A stretch of DNA of 40,623 nt from Rubrivivax sp. (GCA_044345715.1 JBIJAP010000001.1:1-40623); one strand, 5' to 3'. Shown: positions 25,919-35,228, numbered from the stretch's first letter. Made by a program: numbers and translations. The notes: generated by a model not told the origin, from the sequence alone.

Positions 25919-27427
25919 ATGACCCACTTCGACTTCGACAACAGCTACGCCCGCGAGCTGCCACGGCACGCCGTGGCCTGGAAACCAACGGCCGTTCCCG
26001 CGCCGCGCCTGCTGTTCCTGAACCGTGAGCTCGCCGAAGAGCTCGGCCTGGACGCCGACGCGCTGAGCGACGACGACGGCGCCGCCGTCTTCTCCGGCAA
26101 CGCCGTGCCCGAGGGCGCCGAGCCGATCGCCCAGGCCTATGCCGGGCACCAGTTCGGTGGCTTCTCGCCGCAACTTGGCGACGGCCGCGCGCTGCTGCTG
26201 GGCGAAGTGATCGACCGGCACGGACAGCGCCGCGACATCGCGCTGAAGGGCTCGGGCCGGACGCCGTTCTCGCGCAGCGGCGACGGCAAGGCCGCCGTTG
26301 GCCCGATGCTGCGGGAGTTGCTCATCGGCGAAGCAATGCATGCCCTGGGCATCCCGACGACGCGTGCACTGGCGGTGGTCGCCACCGGCGAGCCGGTATT
26401 CCGCGACACGCCGCTGCCCGGCGCGGTGCTCACGCGCGTGGCTGCGAGCCATCTGCGGGTGGGCACCTTCCAGTTCTTCGCTGCTCGCGGCGAGATCGAC
26501 GCGCTGCGCCAGCTGGCCGAGTACTCGATCGCCCGCCACGGTCCCGAGCTCATCGGCACACCCGGGCGCTGGCTCGGCCTGCTGCGCGCCGTGGCCGAGC
26601 GCCAGGCTCGGCTGATCGCACAGTGGATGAACGTCGGCTTCATCCACGGCGTGATGAACACCGACAACATGACGGTCTCCGGTGAAACCATCGATTACGG
26701 CCCCTGCGCCTTTCTCGAAGCCTATGACCCTGCGGCGGTCTTCAGCAGCATCGACCACGGCGGCCGCTATGCGTACGGCAACCAGCACCACGCTGCGCGC
26801 TGGAACCTGGCGCGTCTGGCCGAGGCGCTGCTGCCGCTGATGGCCGATGCCGACAACCCGGCCGAAATGCATGCCGCGGTGGCCGAGGTCAGTGCGCTGA
26901 TCAACGCCTTTCCGGCGCTGTACGACGCGGCGCTGCGGCGCGGCCAGCGCGCGAAGCTCGGCCTGTTCGACGACGCACCGGCCGACCGGGCAGTCAGCGA
27001 TGCACAGCTCATCGCCGACTGGCTCACGCTGCTGCAGCGTGACCGCGTCGACTTCACGCTCGCATGGCGTCGCCTCGGCGACGCCGCCCTGTCCGCCGAT
27101 GGCAGCGACGCAGCGCTGCGCGCGCTGTTTGCCGACGACTCCGCGATCGTCGCCTGGCTCGCACACTGGCGCGCACGCACCGCCATCGACGGCATGACGT
27201 CTGCCACACGCAGACAGCGCATGCACGCGATCAACCCGTGGGTGATCGCACGCAACCACCGGGTCGAGGAGGCCCTGGCTGCCGCGACGCAGGGCCATTT
27301 GCAGCCGATGCACCAGCTGCTCGCCGCGCTTCGTCGCCCGTTCGATCAAGATCCGCAGCAGGATGCCTACGCCGAGCCGGCGCCGGCCGCACAGACGGCG
27401 GCGTACCAGACCTTCTGCGGGACTTGA
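25919..27427 (+). CDS. selO: Protein adenylyltransferase SelO/YdiU
   Basis: YAGHQFG, LGDGRA, LKGSGRTPFSRSGDG, GFIHGVMNTDN, IDYGP, C-terminal TFCGT. Confidence 0.95.
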   Translation: MTHFDFDNSYARELPRHAVAWKPTAVPAPRLLFLNRELAEELGLDADALSDDDGAAVFSGNAVPEGAEPIAQAYAGHQFGGFSPQLGDGRALLLGEVIDRHGQRRDIALKGSGRTPFSRSGDGKAAVGPMLRELLIGEAMHALGIPTTRALAVVATGEPVFRDTPLPGAVLTRVAASHLRVGTFQFFAARGEIDALRQLAEYSIARHGPELIGTPGRWLGLLRAVAERQARLIAQWMNVGFIHGVMNTDNMTVSGETIDYGPCAFLEAYDPAAVFSSIDHGGRYAYGNQHHAARWNLARLAEALLPLMADADNPAEMHAAVAEVSALINAFPALYDAALRRGQRAKLGLFDDAPADRAVSDAQLIADWLTLLQRDRVDFTLAWRRLGDAALSADGSDAALRALFADDSAIVAWLAHWRARTAIDGMTSATRRQRMHAINPWVIARNHRVEEALAAATQGHLQPMHQLLAALRRPFDQDPQQDAYAEPAPAAQTAAYQTFCGT

Positions 27428-28117
27428 GAACCTGTACGCAACGTGCGTCGGGCTGCTGGTAGGTAGTGCGCGGATGCCGGGCCCAGCTGGCAGATTCGGG
27501 GGGCGGCGCGTTGAGCGAGTCGGGACTCGCTGTTGTGCCGGGTGGAACGCGGGAAGTCGCAGGGCAACAAACGTTCAGCTGTCTCGGCGCAGGTCGGCAG
27601 CGAACGCGCCTTCTTGACCTCACGCGTTTGTGGTCATCGCGCTGGCCACACAGGCTACGACAGCAGTGCCGTTGATGCCGGTCACTGGCGGCGCGGGCGC
27701 CGACAGCCTTGACCGGCTGCAATGTGGCCGACAGCGTGAGTTCGAGGTACGGCCGCCGCCGTCAGCAGCAACCGCTGCGATGCCGACCTCCGCTCCATAC
27801 CTCGAACTTCAGCTTCCCGTACCTTGCGGTCATTGAGTGAGGCCGGGCGTACGACAGCAAAGGGTCGAGAGTACCTGCTCGTTCCCAGAACAAGCGGTCA
27901 TCGGGGCGCCCCAGACAGCCACGAGACTGCCCGTCGTCCGCTCTCCCTCGCATAGCTGACCGTCGTGCGCTCCGCTGTTGCCAAGGCCAGCGACCGCTCC
28001 ATGCCGATCAGCGCCAGTCCGGTCCTCGGCCGCGAAGGACCTCAACCGCTGCATAGCAGTCACAGATCCGAGGTAACTGGCGTTCTCATCGTCAGCGCCG
28101 CAGACAACTAACCGGCC

Positions 28118-28351
28118 TCAGCTGTAGGCACCTGACTGCATCCGAAGGACGACGCTCTCGACAAGCGCCCTTCCTTCGGCAGACTTCATGCAGTCAAGGG
28201 GTCTCGCGCCACCCAGTGCAGGCACGGGCACATGAACCCAGCCCAGGGTCCAGGCCAGCGCATCAAACCCTGCTGGGTCGCCGCTCTCATCGACGATGCG
28301 CTGCACCACGGCAGCGAGTGCGTGGACATGCTGAAAGTCGTCCCCGTCCAT
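28118..28351 (-). CDS. Xre/MbcA/ParS-type antitoxin C-terminal domain protein (orphan, possibly truncated)
   Basis: W...W...PVPALGGARPLD...EG...V...RMQSGAYS pattern. Confidence 0.75.
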   Translation of the reverse strand: MDGDDFQHVHALAAVVQRIVDESGDPAGFDALAWTLGWVHVPVPALGGARPLDCMKSAEGRALVESVVLRMQSGAYS

Positions 28352-28541
28352 GGCGCTTCACTCTACAGCCCATGACCACCGCTTGTCCGAAGATTGTGGC
28401 AATGGCAGGTGGGGCAAGCCCATGCAGCCTACGAAGCGCCGCGCGCCACGCAGGCGTCGATTCTTCGTCGAGCTGCAGGGCACAGTGATTGCGGCCTCGT
28501 CGGCAGCAACACCGTCAAGACGATCTGTGCCCTTCAACCGC

Positions 28542-29240
28542 TCAAAGCGTCCGCAGCTCAAAGTCAGCAAACTCGCTGTTGCGGATGTTGTTCTCGACAT
28601 GCTTGGCGTTGGCTGGCCCAAGCAGCACTGTTGAGTGCCGCGTCAGGAAGACGCCCATCGACGTGCTCGCCTGGTAGGCGTGCAGCAGCAGGCTCACCAC
28701 CCTGCCCTCTGGCGACCACTCGATGAACGTCAGGTCCCGGTCGAACCACTCGACCCGCCCTTGCCCGAACACGAGCGGCTGCTTGAACATGCTGTTCACG
28801 CGCCGGGAGAAGGCTGGCTTGTAGGCCTTGACGCTGTTGCCCCTGGACTTGCCGGCCTGCGCGTACAGGGCAGCGACAGGGTCGGCATCCACATCGGGCA
28901 CGAACGCCCGCATTTTCTCGGTCGCGGAGGCCATGTCGCCGGTGTTGCCGAGGATTCTTTCCATCGCCAGCAGGTCGGGATTGAGCCCGTTCAGCTTGTA
29001 CCCCGCCTGGCGCAATGCCGGAACGAGGCCTTCCTTCTTGCCGTCATCCTCGAGCACATACAGCGCATCGACGAGGACTTTGTCGAGAACAGACTCGTAG
29101 CGCTTCTTGCGGTTCTCCGCAGCCCGCTCAGCCAGCCAGTCCAGGATGGCGTGGGCGGGCGTCGTGGTCAGCAACGCGCTGGGTAAAGCGGCCATGGCCA
29201 GCAGGCGACGACGATGCTGGTTGGTGTGAGCTTGCTTCAT
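28542..29240 (-). CDS. Hypothetical exported protein with Tat-like signal peptide
   Basis: AGGAGG RBS; RRRLL + hydrophobic stretch + AHA cleavage site. Confidence 0.75.
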   Translation of the reverse strand: MKQAHTNQHRRRLLAMAALPSALLTTTPAHAILDWLAERAAENRKKRYESVLDKVLVDALYVLEDDGKKEGLVPALRQAGYKLNGLNPDLLAMERILGNTGDMASATEKMRAFVPDVDADPVAALYAQAGKSRGNSVKAYKPAFSRRVNSMFKQPLVFGQGRVEWFDRDLTFIEWSPEGRVVSLLLHAYQASTSMGVFLTRHSTVLLGPANAKHVENNIRNSEFADFELRTL

Positions 29241-29272
29241 GCGGTGTTCCTCCTGGTTGATTGCTTGGGCTG

Positions 29273-30589
29273 TCATCGGGCGAAGAACATCACCACGGCT
29301 TGCCCACCGTCGTTGGCGGCCACTGCCAGGCGGCCGTTGGCCATGCGCAGGAGGCCGGCACAAGTAGCGACGTTGGTGCCAGCTATCAGCCTGCGCCCCT
29401 GGTGGGCCACTGTCAGGTCGGGTTGGCCGTTGGCGGTGATGTCGACCAGCGACACCGCCTGCCCGAGCAACAGGCTCTTCAGGACGTGACCGCAGCCTGT
29501 GTAGCCTCCGCGGCCGTTGGGAATCCAGCCGGCGGTGGCCTCGGTGCTGTTGTAGCCCCAGTCCCAGCGCAGGAAGCCGCCAGTTCCGAAGTCAGCTTTT
29601 AGCTGGCCGGTCTGCAGGTCGATAGCGGCCACTGCGCTGTCGTTGGAGTTGAAGTCGCTGGTGGCCACTGACAAGCCCGTAGCGACGCCAACGATCACGC
29701 GGTCGGCTTCCACCAGCATCGAACTAGTATTGCCTGTACCCATGCTCAACTGCGGATACCGCTGCACTCCACCGGTGCCGAAAGCCATCACCGGCGCACC
29801 CCGTGCGTCCAGCTTCAGGATGGCCGGCTGGAACGCCACCGGAATGGACACCGCCCCACTGGCCAGGATGTCGCCGTTCGGCGCGATGGCCAAGCCGCCC
29901 AGCCAGAAGCTGTCAGGGTTCGGGTTGGTCGCCAGCCCGTTGGTGCCGAAGCTGTCGTCCCAGACGCCGGCAGCGGTGAGCCGGCGCAACAGCATCTGGC
30001 CCGGGATGCTGACGGCCACGAGCACGCCGCCGCGGCTGTCGCGCCGCAGGGTGATGCCGGTGACCGTGACAAGCCCCGCGATGGGAATGCTCATGACGCC
30101 TTGGTTGCCAAAACTCGCATCCACAGCGCAGGTGGTCTCATCGAACCGGGCGACGAACACCGTCCCAGGCCCCGTGAAGCCGGCATAGAAGCGGCCGTCC
30201 TGAACCGTTGTCGGCGCACTGGGCAACTGCTGGCGCTCGAACCGGGTGTAGATCTCGGACAGGAAGCGCTGTCCGTCAGGGCCGCAGCGGCTGGTGCCTT
30301 CCACCTTGCGCAGGAAGGGCCGACCGAACAGGCCGCCCTCAGCCCCCAGCACCCACAAGCCGCCGTCGCTGGCTTGAGTGATGCCGGAGATACCGATGCC
30401 GTCGAACCCGCCACCCTGCCAGCGCAGTGTGGTGGTGGGTGTCGCCGAAGTCTCGCGAGTGTCTTGAGCGACGGCTGGTGTGCTCCCGGCATCGCCGCCG
30501 CCGCAGGCCGACAGGGTGAGCAGGCCGACGAGACCCATAACGAGCAAAGCACGCTGCTTGTGGAACACCGACTGAATGAACGATTCCAT
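29273..30589 (-). CDS. Lipoprotein with delta-60-like beta-propeller repeats
   Basis: LSAC lipobox; recurring D-x-S/A-FG-x-x-G repeats (DASFGNQG, DDSFGTNG, MAFGTGG, ADFGTGG). Confidence 0.78.
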   Translation of the reverse strand: MESFIQSVFHKQRALLVMGLVGLLTLSACGGGDAGSTPAVAQDTRETSATPTTTLRWQGGGFDGIGISGITQASDGGLWVLGAEGGLFGRPFLRKVEGTSRCGPDGQRFLSEIYTRFERQQLPSAPTTVQDGRFYAGFTGPGTVFVARFDETTCAVDASFGNQGVMSIPIAGLVTVTGITLRRDSRGGVLVAVSIPGQMLLRRLTAAGVWDDSFGTNGLATNPNPDSFWLGGLAIAPNGDILASGAVSIPVAFQPAILKLDARGAPVMAFGTGGVQRYPQLSMGTGNTSSMLVEADRVIVGVATGLSVATSDFNSNDSAVAAIDLQTGQLKADFGTGGFLRWDWGYNSTEATAGWIPNGRGGYTGCGHVLKSLLLGQAVSLVDITANGQPDLTVAHQGRRLIAGTNVATCAGLLRMANGRLAVAANDGGQAVVMFFAR

Positions 30590-30690
30590 GATTTCTCTCT
30601 AGCTCGCATCCATGGCCCAGCCCATCCAGGCCGGCCAAATGTGCGAATCAGTGTGTGTACGAATGAGTGTACTGACCGGACAGTCCTGCG

Positions 30691-30948
30691 GTGCGTGCAG
30701 GTGTCCAGGTCAAGTTCGGAAAACGAGTCCGCCAGCTCAGGCTGGCCGCTGGCATGACGCAGGAGGACCTGGCCCACAGGTGCGGCCTGTTCCGCACGTA
30801 CATGAGTCGCATCGAGACCGGCCGTGCCAACCCCACGCTGACGATGATTGATGCGCTGGCGGGAAGCCTGAAGGTGCCCGTCGCCCAGCTCTTCGAGGCC
30901 GAGGCGCCCACCAAGCCCCGCGCCAAGGCTGCCGCGCCCGCTGGATGA
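30691..30948 (+). CDS. XRE-family HTH regulator (controller-protein-like)
   Basis: FGKRVRQLRLAAGMTQEDLA...RTYMSRIETGRANPTL; upstream GTAC-N8-GTAC at 30657-30672. Confidence 0.88.
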   Translation: MRAGVQVKFGKRVRQLRLAAGMTQEDLAHRCGLFRTYMSRIETGRANPTLTMIDALAGSLKVPVAQLFEAEAPTKPRAKAAAPAG

Positions 30949-30957
30949 CAACGCAGC

Positions 30958-31836
30958 TCATGGCGCACTTCGCCGGAGGCTGAAAGCGGCCTTTGAACCC
31001 CACTCCGGCCGGGGCACCTGCACCGTCGCGGCGACCGAGTTCTGGATGCCGGCCAACGTGCGCAGACGCTCCAGCAAGGCCATCACCTGCCAGACCAGGG
31101 CGCCCTCAGCCCAGGTCCGGATCTGCCGCATCGGGGTGATCTGCAACACGAGGTCGCTGCCCTCGAACGCCATCAAGTGCACCAGGGACCCCGTGCTTTC
31201 AGCGGTTCGCCATCTGTAGCGGTCGATGTCGAGCACGGCCCAGCGCAGGGTATCCAGCGCGCCGCTGACCCGCACCCGAAAGCCGATCAGCCGGATGGCA
31301 GGGCCATCGGCCGTTCGTTCCACCGCCACGGAGCAGCAGGCCGACACGCGCAGCAAGAGGTCTTCCATGGCCCACAGGGTGTCCTGGGCCTGCACGACCA
31401 CGGCGCTGTCGGCGTCGTCGGCCTGTTTCAGCAGCCGGTCAGCAGGTTCGCTGAGAAGCCCCACCATCGATGGCGGCAGCGATGCCTCAGCGGCGAGCGG
31501 CATCTGGCGAATGAGCCGGATGGCTGCGCGGCGGGCCAACGGCAGGAACCACTCGGTGTGCCCGTCCAAGCTGTGCCCAGGCAGCACGCGGTAGGTGGCC
31601 AGACTGCGGTGCAGTGCACGCTCCACTTGCCGGGCGCGGCGTGGCGTCGGCAACCACACCGCATGCGAGCCCGCCAGATCGAGCGCATCGGCCAGGAACT
31701 CGGGCAGGCGCTGCACGCGCACCACGGGTTCGAGGGACCAGCCGATCTTGAAGCGCAGGCCATCGCGCCGCTGTAGCAGGTAGACGGCTGCGGGCGTGGG
31801 CAGGTCATCGGGCGTTTCGGAATGTGGGGCTTTCAT
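30958..31836 (-). CDS. T5orf172/MUG113-like GIY-YIG domain protein
   Basis: VYLL...FKIGWS..P..R...VERALH...TEWF in the N-terminal half. Confidence 0.75.
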   Translation of the reverse strand: MKAPHSETPDDLPTPAAVYLLQRRDGLRFKIGWSLEPVVRVQRLPEFLADALDLAGSHAVWLPTPRRARQVERALHRSLATYRVLPGHSLDGHTEWFLPLARRAAIRLIRQMPLAAEASLPPSMVGLLSEPADRLLKQADDADSAVVVQAQDTLWAMEDLLLRVSACCSVAVERTADGPAIRLIGFRVRVSGALDTLRWAVLDIDRYRWRTAESTGSLVHLMAFEGSDLVLQITPMRQIRTWAEGALVWQVMALLERLRTLAGIQNSVAATVQVPRPEWGSKAAFSLRRSAP

Positions 31837-32294
31837 GGCAGATCCTCCCCATCCTGTTGGACGTCCTGCAGGGGGCGCCAGACGAAGCTGCCCAGCGCTT
31901 CCAGGAAGCCCTCACCATCCAGTCGCCCGGCTTCGTACAGATCGCGGGCAGCGGCCAACAGCGGGTCTTGGCGATCGGCCTCCACCCACAGACGGCCGGA
32001 TACCGCCGCAGCCGGTGTGTCGGCATCCGCAACCAGCGGCCCCACCCGGGCGTGGCGAACGGCGGGATCGTCCAGCAGCGCCAACAGCGTGTTGGCCTGA
32101 TCGATGGCGCTGAGGTCGCGATCGGCCAGCACCGCAAACGAGGTCTGCGCACCGTCCGCACGCAGTTCGTGGAGCGCCAGCCAGTCTTCGGTGCGACGCT
32201 GAAACTCGACCTGATCGGCTGGCGATGCACTGCGATGCAGACGGACCTGCACGGCAAAGCTGGCTTCGTCGGCATGGCGGAAGGGCTGGCTCAT
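31833..32294 (-). CDS. Hypothetical protein (153 aa)
   Basis: ATGA overlaps at both ends; GGAGG RBS; weak resemblance to YggL/DUF469. Confidence 0.7.
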   Translation of the reverse strand: MSQPFRHADEASFAVQVRLHRSASPADQVEFQRRTEDWLALHELRADGAQTSFAVLADRDLSAIDQANTLLALLDDPAVRHARVGPLVADADTPAAAVSGRLWVEADRQDPLLAAARDLYEAGRLDGEGFLEALGSFVWRPLQDVQQDGEDLP

Positions 32295-33553
32295 GGCTGC
32301 ACCTCCGTCAGCGGGGCGGCCGTGGGCGCGTTGCTGGTGGCAAAGCGCGTGGCCAGCAGCCGGTCGATGGCCGAGCCGTCTTGCCTCGTCAGGTTCGGCA
32401 CGTAGCGGCTGTAAACACGGAACAGCATCTCGGTGCTGCTGTGACCAAGTTGCCGGGCGATCCACTCGGGCGCCTCGCCCGATGCCAGCCACAGCGTGGC
32501 CGCGGTGTGCCGCATCTGGTAGGCCCTGCGCTTCTTCAGCCCCAGGTGTCGGAGCAGCGGGTACCAGACCCGGCTGCCGAAGTTGTCGTTGTCCAGCGGC
32601 TTGCCTTCCTTGTTGCAGAAGACGTAGTCGCTGAGCTTGCCTGTGGCCGCATGCTGCGCCTGCAGTGCCTCGAACACGACCTGCGACATCTGGATGTCGC
32701 GCTGCGAGCTGTCGGTCTTGGTGTACTCGTCCTCGCCCAGCACGAAGGTCTCGCGGATGAGGATCAGGCGCTTGTCGAAGTCGACGTACCTCCACTTCAG
32801 GCCGTGGGCCTCGCCGGTGCGCATGCCGGTGAAGAAGCGCGCGGTGAAGTAGTTGCGCCAGTCCGCCCGCACGGTGGCCAGCATCTGCTGCACCTGCTCC
32901 AGCGTGAACGGCTCGACGTCGGTCTTCCTCAAACGCAGCGGCTTGAGGTTGAGGGTGGGCGAGACGAAGCCGTAGCGGTCAGCCGCTTCGGCCAGGATCT
33001 GCCGCATCGGCGCCAGGATGCCGTTGATGCGCTTGTTGCTCAGCTTGGCGGCAGCGCGGCCAGGCAGATCGGCGAGCTTGGTGCGGAAGGCAAGGATGTC
33101 GGCCCTGGTGATGGTGCCGACGGGCTTGTCGCCGAAGTGCGGCAGCAGGTGGCCGTCCAGGGTGCACTTCAGCACCTTGAGGTGGGACCGGCGCCATTCG
33201 ATCTGGTGCTCGGATAGCCAGGTGGCGGTGAAGTCCCTGAAGGACGGGGTGGGGCTGGCGGCAGCGGATGCTGCAGCGGCAGGGGCTGACGTGGGAAGCG
33301 CGGGGGTGCCTGGCAGCGCCGCGGGTGAGGGCTTGGGATCGCCTGTTGGAATGTTTCGGCTGCCGGGGAAGGTGGATGCGTAGTCGAAGGTGCCGGCGGC
33401 GATGTCGGCTTCGATCTTTGCAAGAGCCTTCTCCAGGCGCTTGCGGTTGACAGGAGTGTCTTGAAGCATCGTCTGCTCACGGCACCGCTGGCCGCGAAAC
33501 CGGAAGTCGAAGAACAGCAGACCCGTCTCTTTACGGGCGCGGATGCTAGCCAT
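32291..33553 (-). CDS. int: Tyrosine recombinase / integrase with N-terminal arm-binding domain
   Basis: LFFDFRFRGQRCRE arm domain; TGMRTGE, YQMRHT, QLGHSS and YSRY catalytic motifs. Confidence 0.95.
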   Translation of the reverse strand: MASIRARKETGLLFFDFRFRGQRCREQTMLQDTPVNRKRLEKALAKIEADIAAGTFDYASTFPGSRNIPTGDPKPSPAALPGTPALPTSAPAAAASAAASPTPSFRDFTATWLSEHQIEWRRSHLKVLKCTLDGHLLPHFGDKPVGTITRADILAFRTKLADLPGRAAAKLSNKRINGILAPMRQILAEAADRYGFVSPTLNLKPLRLRKTDVEPFTLEQVQQMLATVRADWRNYFTARFFTGMRTGEAHGLKWRYVDFDKRLILIRETFVLGEDEYTKTDSSQRDIQMSQVVFEALQAQHAATGKLSDYVFCNKEGKPLDNDNFGSRVWYPLLRHLGLKKRRAYQMRHTAATLWLASGEAPEWIARQLGHSSTEMLFRVYSRYVPNLTRQDGSAIDRLLATRFATSNAPTAAPLTEVQP

Positions 33554-33800
33554 GGAGCACACCCCCGTTGGCCATGGGAATGGCACAGCGGCCAGCGGTG
33601 GACGACTGGCCCATGTCTCGGGCGATCGCCTCCCACACGAACAAGATCTTCCTGCCACCGAACGGCCGGATGTAGTGCACTCCTTCGAGCAGCACGCTGT
33701 CCTTCAGCCGCTCGCGGATGGTCCGCGGGTCGTACTTGATGCGAGCCGAGAGTTCCTCGGTGGTCAGAAAGGTTGAATCGGGCACTTGGCGTTCCTCCAT
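33546..33800 (-). CDS. Excisionase / recombination directionality factor-like DNA-binding protein
   Basis: LTTEELSARIKYDPRTIR...EGVHY..PFGGRKILF; overlaps the int start. Confidence 0.8.
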   Translation of the reverse strand: MEERQVPDSTFLTTEELSARIKYDPRTIRERLKDSVLLEGVHYIRPFGGRKILFVWEAIARDMGQSSTAGRCAIPMANGGVLHG

Positions 33801-33805
33801 TGCAG

Positions 33806-33823
33806 GTTGACAATCAGGTCAAC
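33806..33823. promoter_or_regulatory. Palindrome GTTGAC-N6-GTCAAC just upstream of xis; candidate operator of the divergent HTH
   Basis: Perfect 6-bp inverted repeat in the AT-rich divergent region. Confidence 0.45.
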
Positions 33824-33935
33824 AAATTTCCCTTCCACCGGGGCTTTTGTCATCCTGAATGGAATTTTTGCTCCAAGAAAGCCATCTGTCAAGACTTTTT
33901 ATCGTTCTGAGTGACTCTTTTGCTTTGGGAACGAC

Positions 33936-34172
33936 ATGATCAAGTGCCACCTGTCCCGCCTGATGGGCGAACGCAAGCTCAAGATCGCGGATGTCGCCCG
34001 CGAAACGGGCCTGCACCGCAACACGGTCACGCTGCTGTACGACGAAACGGCAGCGCGTGTTGACCTCGAAGCGATCGACCGGCTGTGTCGGCTGTTCGGG
34101 GTCGGCGTAGGCGAGCTCTTCGAGTTCAAGGACTCGCAGTCCGTCCCGGGGACTTCGCAGTTGGTGCTTTGA
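33936..34172 (+). CDS. Cro/C1-type HTH repressor
   Basis: LSRLMGERKLKIADVARETGLHRNTVTLLY...DRLCRLFGVGVGELFE. Confidence 0.9.
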   Translation: MIKCHLSRLMGERKLKIADVARETGLHRNTVTLLYDETAARVDLEAIDRLCRLFGVGVGELFEFKDSQSVPGTSQLVL

Positions 34173-34942
34173 CCGCGGCCTGAATCGTGACGCCGGGCTT
34201 CTGGTGGCCTCGCGTCTTGCGCGACAGCCGTTCATCGACGGGCCTGATGGCCTCATGGCGCGCGCGGAGGGAAACCGAATCCTGGAGACGCAGGTGAACG
34301 GCACCCTCGTTTACGGACTGGGCCTTGGCGCCCTAGAAGGCCGTCTGGTGGCATTGCTCTCTAGCAGCACTCTGCCTGTTGGCCGTCTTGTTGACGTGCA
34401 GATCCTGGATGCGAGTACGGATCCGATTGCCGTCACGCAGGCGTCGGTGACTACATACTGCTGCGGCGATGAGGTAGCGGCAGACGCCACTGACCTCCAT
34501 GGCTTGGTGGATGCATCCGTATCCAGCGGCCAAGTCCTACTTGAAAGAGCGTCAGAGGTATTCCCTCATTTGCGCATCGACCCGAGGGCGGCTGATGCAT
34601 TCTCGGCGCTGACAGGGGCTGAGCCTGTCTTCCAGCAACTCATCAGGCACCTACGCGCCTTGAACTCTGCAGCAGATGCGTGGGCTGCTGGCGCGCAGTA
34701 CCAGCCGCAAGGCATCACCTTCAGCCCCCGAGTCGGACCAGACCCTGTCTCACGGCCGGTTCGGTCCAATGCGCGACTTCCCGTCGCCGGATGGTTTTCC
34801 CCGGGAACGGTGGAGTCTCCACACCAAACTGACGGGCGGCGCTGGCGCGCGCATGTACTTTCGGCCGACTCAAGGCCCCCAAGGTTTGGCCGTCTTGATC
34901 GGATACTTCGGACAGCACTTTCCGTGTGTGCGGTACCCGTAG
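34141..34942 (+). pseudogene. 5'-truncated, frameshifted gene with a C-terminal RelE-like-looking domain
   Basis: Frame of ORF 34204 joins the frame of ORF 34676..34942 if one C is removed from the C5 run at 34725-34729 (...ITFS-PESDQTL...ARMYF...LIGYFGQHFP). Confidence 0.6.
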
Positions 34943-35026
34943 GCTTCGGGGTAGGCGCGCCTGAACAACCGATCGAATCCGGGCACGGGGCCCAAAGGTC
35001 AATTCAACAGCGGCTCAGCAAGCCCC

Positions 35027-35076
35027 GGGCACGGCCTGGGCACGGCCTGGGCACGAAGTGGGCACAGGATGGGCAC
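35027..35076 (+). repeat. Five GGGCAC direct repeats at 11-bp period (candidate integrase arm or Xis sites)
   Basis: GGGCAC at 35027, 35038, 35049, 35060 and 35071; another copy at 34981. Confidence 0.75.
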
Positions 35077-35081
35077 AAAGC

Positions 35082-35106
35082 AAAAAGCCACCCTGTTGGG
35101 TGGCTT
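35082..35106 (-). terminator. Intrinsic terminator downstream of the tRNA
   Basis: AAGCCACCC-AACA-GGGTGGCTT followed by TTTGCTTT on the minus strand. Confidence 0.75.
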
Positions 35107-35146
35107 CCGCGTTGCAGCTAACTCGTTGATCTAGCTGCAGTTTTTT

Positions 35147-35223
<77 letters not shown>

Positions 35224-35228
35224 ACTGA

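Larger units (their letters stand above)
27430..35146. mobile_element. Right arm of an integrative element inserted at the tRNA-fMet 3' end; left boundary not determined
   Basis: xis-int-HTH module, arm-like repeats, IHF-like site GATCAACGAGTTA (minus strand, 35119-35131) next to the tRNA CCA end, accessory genes; no second att copy seen. Confidence 0.75.

Noticed and set aside
409-27349. Long antisense or alternate-frame ORFs (e.g. 409..2010 +, 10760..13729 +, 21858..23612 +, 24962..27349 -)
   Set aside because: Shadow ORFs of high-GC genes; they overlap well-supported CDSs and have no recognisable motifs
27410-27480. Selenocysteine read-through at the selO TGA
   Set aside because: TFCGT-stop is a normal bacterial YdiU ending and no convincing SECIS hairpin was seen
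35027-35076. CRISPR array
   Set aside because: 6-bp repeats with 5-bp spacers are far too short, and there are no cas genes
34204-35121. Intact 305-aa CDS as given in the ORF track
   Set aside because: Its C-terminal part runs through the repeat array and terminator; the protein-like continuation is in another frame ending at 34942
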